Positions 42,139 through 53,036 of a DNA stretch of 64,000 nt are shown here, one piece after another (position 1 is the stretch's first letter; each line of letters opens with the position of its first letter). Made by a program: the position numbers and the translations under genes. The stretch is from an uncultured Mycoplasmatota bacterium (GTDB taxonomy: Bacteria > Bacillota_I > Bacilli_A > RF39 > UBA660). The stretch covers positions 28,368 through 92,367 of the forward strand of contig CAMVED010000001.1 of NCBI GenBank assembly GCA_947166445.1. The letters run 5' to 3'. The notes under the pieces were generated by a model. That model saw only the letters and a list, made by a program, of their open reading frames with translations. It was not told where the DNA came from and did no database searches.

Positions 42139-42609
42139 ATGAACAAAGTAGTTTTAATTGGAAGATTAACAAGAGATCCAGAATTAAGATACACATCTTC
42201 AAACATACCAGTAGCAACATTCTCAATTGCAGTAAATAGAACTTTTGCTAACCAAAATGGAGAAAGAGAAGCTGATTTTATAAATATAGTTGTTTGGAGA
42301 AAACAAGCAGAAAATTGTAAAAATTATTTAAATCAAGGCAGTCAAGTAGCTATCGATGGACGTATTCAAACTAGAACATATGATGATCAAAATGGTCAAA
42401 AGAGATACGTAACTGAAGTAGTAGCAGACAATGTTCAATTTTTAGATACTAAAGCTCAAAGAGAACAAAGAGCAAATAGTAGTAATGAAATAAATCCATA
42501 TAATCTAAGTGAAGCAGAAGCTCCACAAACAACAAATGATATACCAGAAGATCCATTTAAAGATTTTGGAGAAGAAATAAAAATTGAAGAAAATGACTTG
42601 CCATTCTAA
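42139..42609 (+). CDS. ssb: Single-stranded DNA-binding protein
   Basis: OB fold. Acidic C-terminal tip DLPF. Confidence 0.95.
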   Translation: MNKVVLIGRLTRDPELRYTSSNIPVATFSIAVNRTFANQNGEREADFINIVVWRKQAENCKNYLNQGSQVAIDGRIQTRTYDDQNGQKRYVTEVVADNVQFLDTKAQREQRANSSNEINPYNLSEAEAPQTTNDIPEDPFKDFGEEIKIEENDLPF

Positions 42610-42623
42610 TAAGGAGGATAAAC

Positions 42624-42839
42624 ATGGCAGAATTTTATAAGAAAAGAAAAAAAATATGCTATATGTGTGCTGGAAAAGAAATAGATTATAAAGATGTAGA
42701 TACATTAAAAAAATACACTAATGAAAGAGGAAAGATTCTTCCTAGACGTGTAACTGGTGCATGTGCAAAACATCAAAGACATATAGCAGGAGAAATAAAA
42801 AAAGCTCGTATAATTGGTTTATTACCATTTGTAAAATAA
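42624..42839 (+). CDS. rpsR: 30S ribosomal protein S18
   Basis: Length 71 aa. Confidence 0.93.
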   Translation: MAEFYKKRKKICYMCAGKEIDYKDVDTLKKYTNERGKILPRRVTGACAKHQRHIAGEIKKARIIGLLPFVK

Positions 42840-42947
42840 TTATGATACTCAGGAAAAGAGTATCTTTTTTTATATAAAATATAATATAAATAAAATGACA
42901 TATTTCTATTTTTTTGATATAATATTTAGAGACAAGGAGGCCACATA

Positions 42948-43907
42948 ATGAATAAAGATTTAAAAAAACTAATAACAAAGGAAATGATTCTTTCAAAAGA
43001 AGTATTTTTAGTGGCACATAATAATATAGATTTAGATGCTTTTGCATCCATGGCAGGATTTTCTTTAATAGCAAAAAAGTATAGAAAAAAAGTATACATA
43101 ATAATAGATGATAAAGAAATTGAACCTGCTACTAAATTAGCAATAGATAAGATGGTATCAAAGGTAAATATAATAAAATTAAAGGACATAAATAAGTTAA
43201 TAACTAATAAGTCTATTCTATTTATACTAGACACAAACAGAACAAGTAGAGTATGTGTAAAAGATATATTAAATGAATTTAAAACAGTTATAGTAATAGA
43301 TCATCATACTAAAACATCAGATACAATAAAAGATGCTAAAGTATTTATTGATGAAAAAGCAACATCAGCATGTGAAATAGTAGCATCACTTCTTCATTCA
43401 TATAGAATAAAGGTTCCAAAAAGTTATGCGACAGTAATGCTTGGTGGAATAGTGTTAGATACTAATAACTTCACATATAAAATGACCAGAAAATCATTCT
43501 ATTATTGCTATTATTTATCAACCAAAGGTGCAGATATTAATGAAGCACAGCTTTATTTTAAACAAGATCTAGAAGAATACGTAAATAGATCAAAAATGAT
43601 AGCAAGTACTGAAATAGATGGTGAAATAGCTATAGCAACAGGTAAACAAGGAAAAATATATAAATCCCAAGATCTTGCCAAAACAGCAGACATTCTTTTA
43701 GAATTTAAAGGCATAAAAACATCTTTTGCTATAGGATACTTAGACAAAAACAAAGTTGGAATAAGTACTAGATCAATCAAAAAAATAAATGCTGGCAAAT
43801 TGATGGAAGAATTTGGAGGCGGAGGAAATAAAACCGAAGCAGCAGCAGTAATAGAAAACAAAAGTATAAAAAAAGTACATGAAGAATTAATAAGCAAAAT
43901 CAGATAG
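42948..43907 (+). CDS. DHH/DHHA1 phosphoesterase (NrnA-like nanoRNase/pAp phosphatase)
   Basis: DHH motif IVIDHHT. Length 319 aa. C-terminal GGGN. Confidence 0.75.
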   Translation: MNKDLKKLITKEMILSKEVFLVAHNNIDLDAFASMAGFSLIAKKYRKKVYIIIDDKEIEPATKLAIDKMVSKVNIIKLKDINKLITNKSILFILDTNRTSRVCVKDILNEFKTVIVIDHHTKTSDTIKDAKVFIDEKATSACEIVASLLHSYRIKVPKSYATVMLGGIVLDTNNFTYKMTRKSFYYCYYLSTKGADINEAQLYFKQDLEEYVNRSKMIASTEIDGEIAIATGKQGKIYKSQDLAKTADILLEFKGIKTSFAIGYLDKNKVGISTRSIKKINAGKLMEEFGGGGNKTEAAAVIENKSIKKVHEELISKIR

Positions 43908-43918
43908 AAGGTGAAAAA

Positions 43919-44350
43919 ATGAAAGTTATTTTCATAAAAGACTTAAAAAAACAAGGAAAAAAAGGTGAAATAAAAGAAATAAAGGATGGATATGCAAAAT
44001 TTCTAATAAAAGAAGGATATGTAGTTCAAGAAACAAAAGGATCTTTAAAGCATTTAGAAACAGAAAATGAAAAGAAAAAAGAAGAAACAAAACGCCTAAC
44101 AGAAGAAGCAAAACAATTAAAAGGAAAACTAGAAAAAGAAAAAATATCATTCATAGTAAAAACTGGAGAACATGATAAAGTGTTTGGAAGCATATCAGTT
44201 AAGCAAATAAAAGAAAAATTAGAAAAGTATAATATAGATAAAAAACAAATCATAATTAAAAATCCAATTTCATCTTTGGGATTTCATGAAGTAGAAATAA
44301 ATCTATATCAAGATATAAAGGCGAACTTAAAAATCGAAGTAAAAAAGTAA
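43919..44350 (+). CDS. rplI: 50S ribosomal protein L9
   Basis: MKVIFIKDLK N-terminus. Located before the replicative helicase. Confidence 0.93.
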   Translation: MKVIFIKDLKKQGKKGEIKEIKDGYAKFLIKEGYVVQETKGSLKHLETENEKKKEETKRLTEEAKQLKGKLEKEKISFIVKTGEHDKVFGSISVKQIKEKLEKYNIDKKQIIIKNPISSLGFHEVEINLYQDIKANLKIEVKK

Positions 44351-44363
44351 GTGGGGGATTTTT

Positions 44364-45725
44364 ATGAATCGAGAAATACCAAATAATATAGAAGCAGAAC
44401 AATCCGTTCTAGGATCAATGCTTTTGTCAAAATATGCTCTTCAAACCGCGATAGAAACACTTACTAATGAAAGTTTTTATTTAGATAAACATGCAAAAGT
44501 TTTTGATGCATTAAAAAGTTTAACAGCCAAAAATATTCCGGTAGATATAACAACTTTAACAACAGAATTAAAAGACAAGAATACTTTAAACGAAGTTGGA
44601 GGAGTAGAATATTTAAGTGAAATATTAGAAAGCACCCCAACATCTGCTAATGTAGAACACTATATAAAGATTGTTGAAGATAAAAGTATTTTAAGAAACC
44701 TGATATCTGAAGCAACCAACATTGTAACGATGGCTTATAATAATGAATTATCAGTTAATGAAACATTAGATAAGGCAGAAAGTAGAATATTAAATGTAGT
44801 TAAAAACAGAAAATCATCAGATATAAAGCAAATACCTGAAGTAATAACTGAATTTCAAGAAAATCTAGAAAAACTAGCTAGTAACAAAGGAAAAATAAGT
44901 GGCTTACCATCAGGGTATTATGACTTAGATAGCTTAACAGATGGATTTCATAAAAACGAACTTATTATTCTGGCAGCTCGTCCGGCTATGGGAAAAACAG
45001 CACTAGCTTTAAACATTACATCAAATGTTGCTTTAAAATCAAAAAAATCCGTAATAATATTCACTCTAGAAATGAGAGCAGAACAACTTTTATCACGTAT
45101 GGTATCCTCTTTAGGACAAGTAGATGCTAGAAAGCTTCAAAATGGTTCGCTAGATACTAAAGATTGGCAAAGAATAAATGAAGCATTAAGTCAGCTTGGA
45201 GACACTAATATATATATTGACGATTCTCCAGGAGTAACCATCGGAGATATAAAAGCAAAATCAAGAAGAATAGCTAGTACTGATGATAATTTAGGTTTAA
45301 TAGTAATTGACTATCTAGGATTAATAAATAGTACTGGAAAATACTCTGGAAATAGACAACAAGAAGTATCAGAAATATCAAGAGCTTTAAAAACTCTAGC
45401 CCTTGAACTTGAAATTCCTGTTATTTGTATTGCCCAATTATCAAGAACACCAGAAACAAGAGAAGATAAAAGACCGGTATTAAGTGATCTAAGAGAATCT
45501 GGATCAATAGAGCAAGATGCTGATATTGTAGCATTTATTTATCGTGATGATTATTATAACGAAAGTTCAAAAATAGATGATAATATGAGTATTTCAGAAA
45601 TAATAGTTAGAAAGAATAGAAGTGGTAGAATTGGAACTGCAAAAACACTATTTAAGAAAAACACCTTATCGTTTATGAATTACAAAAATGAAGAAGTAAA
45701 AAAGGAAGTGGTTGCTAGTGAGTAA
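44364..45725 (+). CDS. dnaB: Replicative DNA helicase (DnaB family; DnaC in Bacillus)
   Basis: Walker A ARPAMGKTAL. Length 453 aa. Confidence 0.95.
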   Translation: MNREIPNNIEAEQSVLGSMLLSKYALQTAIETLTNESFYLDKHAKVFDALKSLTAKNIPVDITTLTTELKDKNTLNEVGGVEYLSEILESTPTSANVEHYIKIVEDKSILRNLISEATNIVTMAYNNELSVNETLDKAESRILNVVKNRKSSDIKQIPEVITEFQENLEKLASNKGKISGLPSGYYDLDSLTDGFHKNELIILAARPAMGKTALALNITSNVALKSKKSVIIFTLEMRAEQLLSRMVSSLGQVDARKLQNGSLDTKDWQRINEALSQLGDTNIYIDDSPGVTIGDIKAKSRRIASTDDNLGLIVIDYLGLINSTGKYSGNRQQEVSEISRALKTLALELEIPVICIAQLSRTPETREDKRPVLSDLRESGSIEQDADIVAFIYRDDYYNESSKIDDNMSISEIIVRKNRSGRIGTAKTLFKKNTLSFMNYKNEEVKKEVVASE

Positions 45726-47235
45726 AGGAACATCAATTTTTTTAGGAATATGTGCTTTTGCTATAAGTATAATAATGGTAATCTTAGACAGTGCTTCATA
45801 TGTATATTATGATGCTAGAAATGTGTTTAGAGTTTATTTAAATGGTGAATCACTAGGTTTAATAGAAAGTAAAAAAGATTTAGAAGATTACATAAATAAA
45901 AACCAAGAGGCAATAAAACAAAAGTATCACGTAAAAAATGTATATATTCCAAATGGTTTAAAGATAGAAGAAGAGACAACATATAGTGAAAAAACAGAAA
46001 CAATAGAAAATATATATCAAAAAATAGCAAATCAAGAAGATTTCACAATCAATGGTTTTACAGTTACAATTTCAGATATTAAAACTACTAAAAACAAAGA
46101 TAATGATAAGAAAAAAACTGAAAAAATAAAAGAATATATTTATTTGTTAGATAAAGATATTCTACAAACAGCCATAAATGATGTAGTAAGATCATTTGTT
46201 AATGAAAAACAATATCAAGATTATTTAAATGAAGTAAAAAAAGACCAAACCGCAATAGGTACAATTATTGAAAATGTTTATTTAAAAGAACAAATATCAA
46301 TAAAGAAAGGTAAAATACCTGCCAATAGTAAAATATATAGTGATAGCAATGAATTAGCAAAATATTTATTATTTGGTACAAATGAAAAAAATAAAACATA
46401 TAAAGTAAAATCTGGAGACAATGTAAAAAATATTGCCTATGATAATAAAATGTCCACAACAGAACTATTAATAGCAAACCATGATATAAAAGACGAAGAT
46501 TCACTTTTATACCCTGGACAAGAAATAATAATTAGCTATATTAACCCTGTAATAACAGTAGTTGAAGAAACACATACAGTTAAAAAAGAGTCAACAAGGT
46601 ATAAAACTATTGAAAGAGAAGATAGCAGTTTATTTGAAGGTACAACAAAGGTTGTTCAAAAAGGAAAAAAAGGTACCAGCAAAGTAACTAGAAAAATAGA
46701 AAAAAGAAATGGTGCAATTACGCAAGCTTTAATAGTCTCAACAGAAGTGTTAAAAGAACCAGTTAACAAAATAATTAAAGTTGGTACAAAACAAGCAACC
46801 AATTATGGAGGATACTATGGAGGCCCAGTAAATTTAAGTGGTGTTTGGGGCTGGCCAACTACAAGTAATTATACAATAACTACATACTTTGGATATCAAC
46901 TCCGTGCAGATATTGGAGAATCGTCTCCTAGATGGCATGATGGTATGGATTTATCTGTAGGATGTGGAGCACCAATATATGCTGCTAACGGAGGAACAGT
47001 AACGTTTGCAGGCTGGGGTGGAGGCTACGGGAATGAAGTAGAAATCAGCCATGGTGGTGGTATAGTAACTTTCTATGGCCATTTAAATAGCATTCTAGTA
47101 TCACAAGGACAAACAGTATCTAAAGGTCAATTAATAGGTACAATGGGTAACACAGGTTATTCATTTGGATGCCACTTACATTTTGGATTAAGCGTAAATG
47201 GCTCTATGGGAGATCCGTTATCCTTATATAACTAA
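45712..47235 (+). CDS. Membrane-anchored LysM + M23 metallopeptidase
   Basis: N-terminal TM helix. LysM YKVKSGDNVKNIA. M23 HxH motif HLHFG. Gly-rich segment. Confidence 0.7.
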   Translation: MLVSKGTSIFLGICAFAISIIMVILDSASYVYYDARNVFRVYLNGESLGLIESKKDLEDYINKNQEAIKQKYHVKNVYIPNGLKIEEETTYSEKTETIENIYQKIANQEDFTINGFTVTISDIKTTKNKDNDKKKTEKIKEYIYLLDKDILQTAINDVVRSFVNEKQYQDYLNEVKKDQTAIGTIIENVYLKEQISIKKGKIPANSKIYSDSNELAKYLLFGTNEKNKTYKVKSGDNVKNIAYDNKMSTTELLIANHDIKDEDSLLYPGQEIIISYINPVITVVEETHTVKKESTRYKTIEREDSSLFEGTTKVVQKGKKGTSKVTRKIEKRNGAITQALIVSTEVLKEPVNKIIKVGTKQATNYGGYYGGPVNLSGVWGWPTTSNYTITTYFGYQLRADIGESSPRWHDGMDLSVGCGAPIYAANGGTVTFAGWGGGYGNEVEISHGGGIVTFYGHLNSILVSQGQTVSKGQLIGTMGNTGYSFGCHLHFGLSVNGSMGDPLSLYN

Positions 47236-47969
47236 TGAAAATAACAAATATAGCAAGTGGTTCAAAAGGAAATTCTACCTTAATTGAACTAGATAATAAA
47301 AATATTTTAATAGATATTGGTCTTCCTATTTCAAACTTAGAAAAAAGATTGGGAAGACCTTTTCCTAAAATAGATATTTTAATAATAACTCATACCCATG
47401 TTGACCATATAAAAGGAATAAAATCAATAATAAGAGAACAAAACCCTACAATATACACATTAGAAAACGGTTTAACTGAAAAAGTTTCATCCAAAAAAAT
47501 AAACTATCAAAAAAGTATTGAAGAAGAGAACTTAATAATAGAACTTTTTGAAGTATCTCATGATGTACCATGTGCTGGAGTATATATAAAATATAAAAAT
47601 AAAGAGTTAGTTTATATAACAGACACAGGATAGATTAAAGATAAATTATTAAAAAAGTATCAAAACAAAGATGTGTATATTTTAGAAAGTAATTATGAAG
47701 AAGAAATGCTAAGAAATGGAAAGTACCCATATCATTTAAAACAAAGAATAAGAAGTGACCGCGGGCATATATCAAATGAAGATAGTTGCAAGTATTTGTC
47801 AAAACTAATTGGAGATAAAACAAAATATATAATGTTAGCGCATCTAAGTGAAGAAAATAATAATCCAGAAATAGTAGAAAAAAGAATAAAAGATTTAATA
47901 GAAAAACTAAGCTATAAACCAGAAAAAGTAATATTAAATCAAGAAAAAACAAATATAATTGAGGTATAA
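47235..47969 (+). pseudogene. walJ: WalJ/YycJ-like MBL-fold hydrolase interrupted by an in-frame TAG at 47631..47633
   Basis: ORFs 47235..47633 and 47673..47969 are in the same frame. A single TAG between them is the only stop. N-terminal ASGSKGNS..HTHVDH and C-terminal AHLSEEN resemble YycJ. Confidence 0.6.
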
Positions 47970-48420
47970 AATGATAAAAATAATTTGCTTAGGAAGTATC
48001 AAAGAAAAATATATAAAAGAAGCAATAGAAGACTATAAAAAAAGATTATCTAAATATACAAAACTTGAAATAGTGGAGTTAAAAGATGAGAGTGATGATT
48101 CAAACCCATTGAAAAAAGAAAAGGACAACATTTTAAAACATATTAATCAAAAAGACAATATAGTAATCTTAGATATAAATGGGAATCAATTTACAAGTGA
48201 AGATTTTGCAAGTTTTATAAATAAGGAAATAACTCTATATAGTAATATAACCTTTATAATTGGATCATCGACTGGATTGGATGAAGAAATAAAAAAACTA
48301 ACGAATAAAAGAATATCTTTTTCCAAATTTACATTTCCCCATCAATTGTTTAGGGTTATTCTTTTAGAACAAATATATCGAGGTTTTAAAATAATAAATA
48401 ATGAATCATATCACAAATAA
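47959..48420 (+). CDS. rlmH: 23S rRNA (pseudouridine1915-N3)-methyltransferase RlmH
   Basis: SPOUT fold. Length 153 aa. Follows walJ, as in Bacillus. Confidence 0.85.
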   Translation: MRYKMIKIICLGSIKEKYIKEAIEDYKKRLSKYTKLEIVELKDESDDSNPLKKEKDNILKHINQKDNIVILDINGNQFTSEDFASFINKEITLYSNITFIIGSSTGLDEEIKKLTNKRISFSKFTFPHQLFRVILLEQIYRGFKIINNESYHK

Positions 48421-48421
48421 G

Positions 48422-48450
48422 AATACCAATAAGTTATTGGTATTTTTTTT
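48422..48450 (+). terminator. Rho-independent terminator after rlmH
   Basis: Stem AATACCAAT/ATTGGTATT, loop AAGTT, followed by T6. Confidence 0.5.
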
Positions 48451-48537
48451 ATATAAAAAAAATACAACTATGCTACTAATATTGACATTAATAAAAAAAT
48501 ATAATAAACTACCTTTTAAAAAAGGAAATGAAAAGCA

Positions 48538-49419
48538 ATGAAACAAGAAATATATAATAAAGTAAGCAAAAATATAGAACAGTACATTTTGCAATATTTA
48601 GATGAAAGAGATGATTGTTATCTTTGTGAAAATGAAGATAGAATAATAGAAAAATATATAAATGAAATATGTAATGAAGAGAAGCAAAAAATGAAAAGTT
48701 GTACTGAAAAAGAAACAGAAGCATACAGAAAACTAATGGGTATTGATAACAATGGAGAAAAGCAAACTTATAAACAGGTATGCCAAGAATTAAATAAACA
48801 CAATGTAAAACAATTAGTATTTAATGCCAATAGAAAACTAATGTCAACTATATATAAAGAAATACTTTTAGAAGATAAAGTAAAGCTTATACAACTTAAT
48901 TATCAGTATATAGAAAACAAGGGAATGATACTACCTGAAAACATAAAAATAGATGATTTATCAAGTATCATTTATTATGAATATAAATTCTTAGAAAATA
49001 GTGGTATAAAAACAATTAAAGATCTGATTGAATATCCAAAAAAAGAAATCTACAACATAATACTAAATATAAAGACCAAACGAAAAAGCAATAAAGGTAC
49101 AATTGCAATTGAATTAATAAATGCCATACATATACTAGGTTTTGTGTTTAAAGATGAAGAAGGTTATGAAGAACAACAAAAATATTTTGAAAAATTAAGA
49201 GCAATGATAGAAAATCCTTCAAAGATTTACTATAATGATGAAGATATAAGTTTAAAAAAGGAAATATACTCAAGAAAATACTTAATTGAGCATCTTGACA
49301 AACTATTAAAACAACAAAAATACTTAACTATAAAACCACAAGAAATAGAACTAGAAATAGGAATAACAAAAGAAAAAATAATAAAAACAGAAACTAAAAT
49401 TAGAACAAGAAACAAATAA
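48538..49419 (+). CDS. Hypothetical protein (293 aa) with a sigma-70 region-4-like HTH segment
   Basis: TYKQVCQELNKHNVKQLVFNANRKL. No family assigned. Confidence 0.3.
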   Translation: MKQEIYNKVSKNIEQYILQYLDERDDCYLCENEDRIIEKYINEICNEEKQKMKSCTEKETEAYRKLMGIDNNGEKQTYKQVCQELNKHNVKQLVFNANRKLMSTIYKEILLEDKVKLIQLNYQYIENKGMILPENIKIDDLSSIIYYEYKFLENSGIKTIKDLIEYPKKEIYNIILNIKTKRKSNKGTIAIELINAIHILGFVFKDEEGYEEQQKYFEKLRAMIENPSKIYYNDEDISLKKEIYSRKYLIEHLDKLLKQQKYLTIKPQEIELEIGITKEKIIKTETKIRTRNK

Positions 49420-49435
49420 ACATAGATAATTTTCT

Positions 49436-50731
49436 ATGTTTTTTTACATAGAATTAAATGGTGATATATTGGAAATATTAAACAAAATACTTTGGGCAAC
49501 AGCTATAAACTTAATATTAGTAAATAGTATTTATTTCTCCTTTAAACTTAAATTCCTCCAATTAAAAATAAAAAAAGCAATGAAAAGTATAAAAATCAAT
49601 GAAAAAAAACAAGGAATATCTCCTAAAGATACATTGGTTATGGCATTGTCATCTAAAATTGGTGTAGGGTCCTTATCGGGAACAGCACTTTGTATTTATT
49701 ATGGAGGAATAGGAACACTTTTTTGGATATTTATATCAACATTTATTCTATCGATAATAAATTATATAGAAAATGCATTAGCAATTATTTATAAAGAAAA
49801 GGATAATAAAAGTGGCCCTCATTATTATATAAAAAAAGGTTTTAACAACAAAACTTTAAGCACAATTTATGCCATAATAGTGCTTGTTTTATATGTTTTT
49901 CTCTTTACATCAATTCAAAACAACACAATAATAACTTTAACAACAAGTATGTATAATACAAATAAAATGATAATATCATTAATAATAACAATAACTGCAG
50001 GAGTAATAATTATGAAAGGCATAAAAGGAATATCCAATGTATGCAATCAAATATTTCCAATAATGATGACGATTTTTATAATAATAGGTTTAATTGTTGT
50101 CTTTAAAAATATTGAAATATTACCAAGTATATTAAAACAAATTATAAAAGAAGCTTTTAATAATAAATCTATAAATGGTAGTATTATTTATACTATAATA
50201 ATATCTTTTCAAAAAACAGTATTTGCCAATGAATCTGGTGTAGGTACAAGTGCTATAATTTCAGGTTCAACTGATAACACCGATTATCACTTACAAGCAA
50301 AAATAGGATTGCTACAAACATATTTTATTAATTTTATAGTACTAGGTATAACTTCATTAATCATAATAACTGCACATACTTATAATATAGATATCACAAA
50401 TGGTATAGAATTAACGAAAGCTGCATTCTCTTATCACTTAGGAACAATTGGAGAAGTTCTTCTACTCATAATACTAATACTATTTTCATTTTCTACAATA
50501 ATAACTATTTATTATTATGGAGAAAGTAGCCTAACATTTTTAACAAATAGCAAAAAAGCAACAAAAGTACTCAAATTAATAACAATAGTATCAATATTTA
50601 TTGGAGGAATAACAAATGCATCAATCATTTGGTCTTTAATTGACATATTCCTAGCAGTATTAACAATAATAAATATGTATGCAATTTATAAATTAAAAGA
50701 AACAATAATATCAAAACTATCAAAAAAATGA
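49436..50731 (+). CDS. Alanine/glycine:cation symporter (AGCS family)
   Basis: AGCS N-terminal pattern (ALSSKIGVGSLSGTALCIYYGGIGTLFW, GPHYY). Length 431 aa. Confidence 0.7.
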   Translation: MFFYIELNGDILEILNKILWATAINLILVNSIYFSFKLKFLQLKIKKAMKSIKINEKKQGISPKDTLVMALSSKIGVGSLSGTALCIYYGGIGTLFWIFISTFILSIINYIENALAIIYKEKDNKSGPHYYIKKGFNNKTLSTIYAIIVLVLYVFLFTSIQNNTIITLTTSMYNTNKMIISLIITITAGVIIMKGIKGISNVCNQIFPIMMTIFIIIGLIVVFKNIEILPSILKQIIKEAFNNKSINGSIIYTIIISFQKTVFANESGVGTSAIISGSTDNTDYHLQAKIGLLQTYFINFIVLGITSLIIITAHTYNIDITNGIELTKAAFSYHLGTIGEVLLLIILILFSFSTIITIYYYGESSLTFLTNSKKATKVLKLITIVSIFIGGITNASIIWSLIDIFLAVLTIINMYAIYKLKETIISKLSKK

Positions 50732-50755
50732 TATAATTACTCTTAGAGGTGTACT

Positions 50756-51418
50756 ATGATAACAGAAAAATGGGATAAAATATTAAAAGATGAGTATCAA
50801 AAAGACTATTTTTATGACATGTTAAAGAAACTTCAAATAGAGTACCGAGATAAAACAATATTTCCACCAAAAAAAGAAGTGTTTAAAGCGATGCGATTAA
50901 CAGACTATGACAATGTGAAAGTAGTCATATTAGGACAAGACCCTTATCATGGAGAAGGTGAGGCAGAAGGTTTATCATTTTCAGTAAAAGATGGAATAAG
51001 AAAGCCACCATCATTAAGAAACATTTTTAAAGAATTACATGATGATTTAGGATATGATGAACCAGAAAGTGGATCGCTAGTAAAGTGGGCTAAAGAAGGA
51101 GTTCTATTATTAAATTCAATTTTAACAGTAGAAAAAGATAAACCATTATCTCACAAAAATTTCAATTGGGAACAATTTACAGATGAAGTAATAAAAAAAA
51201 TAAATGATAAAGATACTCCAGTAGTTTTTATACTCTGGGGAGCTTATGCCAGAAGCAAAAAAGTTTTAATAACCAATCCAATTCATTGCGTAATTGAATC
51301 ACCTCACCCATCACCATTTTCAGCGAGGAACGGATTCTTCGGTAGCAAGCCATTTTCTAAAGCAAATAAATTTTTAATATCAAAAAAAATTAGTCCAGTT
51401 AATTTTAAACTAGACTAA
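50756..51418 (+). CDS. ung: Uracil-DNA glycosylase
   Basis: GQDPYHG and HPSPFS motifs. Confidence 0.93.
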   Translation: MITEKWDKILKDEYQKDYFYDMLKKLQIEYRDKTIFPPKKEVFKAMRLTDYDNVKVVILGQDPYHGEGEAEGLSFSVKDGIRKPPSLRNIFKELHDDLGYDEPESGSLVKWAKEGVLLLNSILTVEKDKPLSHKNFNWEQFTDEVIKKINDKDTPVVFILWGAYARSKKVLITNPIHCVIESPHPSPFSARNGFFGSKPFSKANKFLISKKISPVNFKLD

Positions 51419-51915
51419 TTTTTAAATATTTCATATTCCTCAAGTTTTCTTATTTTAAAAGATTTATAGTTTTCAAATTTAAGTAATCTAAAAACCTTAT
51501 TAAAAACTTTTTTTAAAAAAATTTCATTATAATTTAATACATTAGTATTATAAAAATCTTTCAAACCATCAAGATTTTCTTCTAAATTATTCAAATCTTT
51601 GATTTCTTCTTTTAATTTTTTATTTTTAGCCTCTTTTATATACTTATTAATCTCAAAGCTGACATTAAATAGGGCATCTTCACGTTCATATAAAGAAGCA
51701 TCATTATCATATACAAAATCCTTTTTTATTTTATCATTATCAATCTTTTTAAGTAAACCTTCAACTAGTTCAAGTTTAGTATTTAAAACTTCATCTATAC
51801 TATTACTACAAGTATCAATAGAAATTTTAATATCATTTAATTTATAATAATTTAATACAATTATAAAACAACATATTACTAAAAAAAGAAAAATAAATCC
51901 AAATAAATAAATCAT
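51415..51915 (-). CDS. Hypothetical membrane-anchored coiled-coil protein (LemA-like?)
   Basis: N-terminal TM helix. K/E-rich helical remainder. Confidence 0.3.
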   Translation of the reverse strand: MIYLFGFIFLFLVICCFIIVLNYYKLNDIKISIDTCSNSIDEVLNTKLELVEGLLKKIDNDKIKKDFVYDNDASLYEREDALFNVSFEINKYIKEAKNKKLKEEIKDLNNLEENLDGLKDFYNTNVLNYNEIFLKKVFNKVFRLLKFENYKSFKIRKLEEYEIFKN

Positions 51916-51975
51916 AAAATCACCTATCTTCTTTAAAAAATTATATCATAAAAAAAAGAACTTTAAAATATATTT

Positions 51976-52533
51976 CTATAAGTTCTTTTTGTTTCTAGAT
52001 AAAATTTTATGACAAGCAACTTCTTGACCTTCAAAGAGTGCATCATTAATAAATTGATCACGTAGTTCATATTTAAGATATTTTATTGGCACATTACTAT
52101 CTAATATCAAAACTCTATAACTATTCTCAAAGTTTTCTCTGTCTTCCACAGGAATATCTACATCCTCAAATGATTCAATATTTATATATTTGTCAAACTC
52201 TGCTAAAGAACTATCTCTTTCAACTTCTCTTTCATAGCCATATTCGTTTACATAACTGCCGGCATATAAATATATATTGTTAGTCTCATCAGTTAAACCC
52301 TTATTACTAAAATCATATAAAGTATCAGCAAAAACTTCATCGGTTGTGAGAACTCTATTCGTAGTTTCTTCTATTTGCTTAATTAATTCAATATAGTCTC
52401 TTACCAGAGGACTATTCTCTAATATTTTTTTTCTATTATTTAAAACATTTAAACTCTTATTATTAGTTTCATTTTCTTCTAATCTCTTAATATACTCTTG
52501 TCTAAAATCTTTCAATACTTCTTCTTTCATCAA
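51976..52533 (-). CDS. Hypothetical protein (185 aa)
   Basis: Intact ORF. No family recognised. Confidence 0.3.
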   Translation of the reverse strand: MMKEEVLKDFRQEYIKRLEENETNNKSLNVLNNRKKILENSPLVRDYIELIKQIEETTNRVLTTDEVFADTLYDFSNKGLTDETNNIYLYAGSYVNEYGYEREVERDSSLAEFDKYINIESFEDVDIPVEDRENFENSYRVLILDSNVPIKYLKYELRDQFINDALFEGQEVACHKILSRNKKNL

Positions 52534-52606
52534 ATCATTCCCTCCAAAAAGATAATACTTATTCTAACACAAAAAAAAGAACTTTTCAATAAAATTCTTT
52601 ATATAT

Positions 52607-52972
52607 CTAAATAACTTTATAGTTGATTTCTTCATCGAAAACAATAAAATCTAAATAAATTGATAAAAGTAAGTACCATTTTCCTGTTTTTGGATCGCTA
52701 ATTACAAAATGATCCCTAGCAGCTTGCTCTACAACTCCAGTAAAAATTCTATCTTTCCATTCGCCAGCATCAGGAAAAGTCATATAAAAACTTGCAATTT
52801 TACCTTTGTTCATTCTAAGAATATTTTCAACATATGATTGCTCCATAGGAAGTTCTGTACCAGAAGAAACACTACTACCTGGAGCCCCAGTACTACCAGT
52901 CATATTATTATATCCTAAATTAGGATTACCATTAGGATTAAAATAACTATTATTCATTAAAATCATCTCCAA
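52607..52972 (-). CDS. gerQ: Spore coat protein GerQ-like
   Basis: C-terminal QSYVENILRMNKGKIASFYMTF..RIFTGVVEQAARDHFVISDPKTGKWYLL..YLDFIVFDEEI closely matches the GerQ/YwdL core. Confidence 0.7.
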   Translation of the reverse strand: MEMILMNNSYFNPNGNPNLGYNNMTGSTGAPGSSVSSGTELPMEQSYVENILRMNKGKIASFYMTFPDAGEWKDRIFTGVVEQAARDHFVISDPKTGKWYLLLSIYLDFIVFDEEINYKVI

Positions 52973-53036
52973 TAAAATATATGAAATGAAACAATAAATA
53001 GACTAGAAACATATATAAAAATGAGTTATAATAAAA

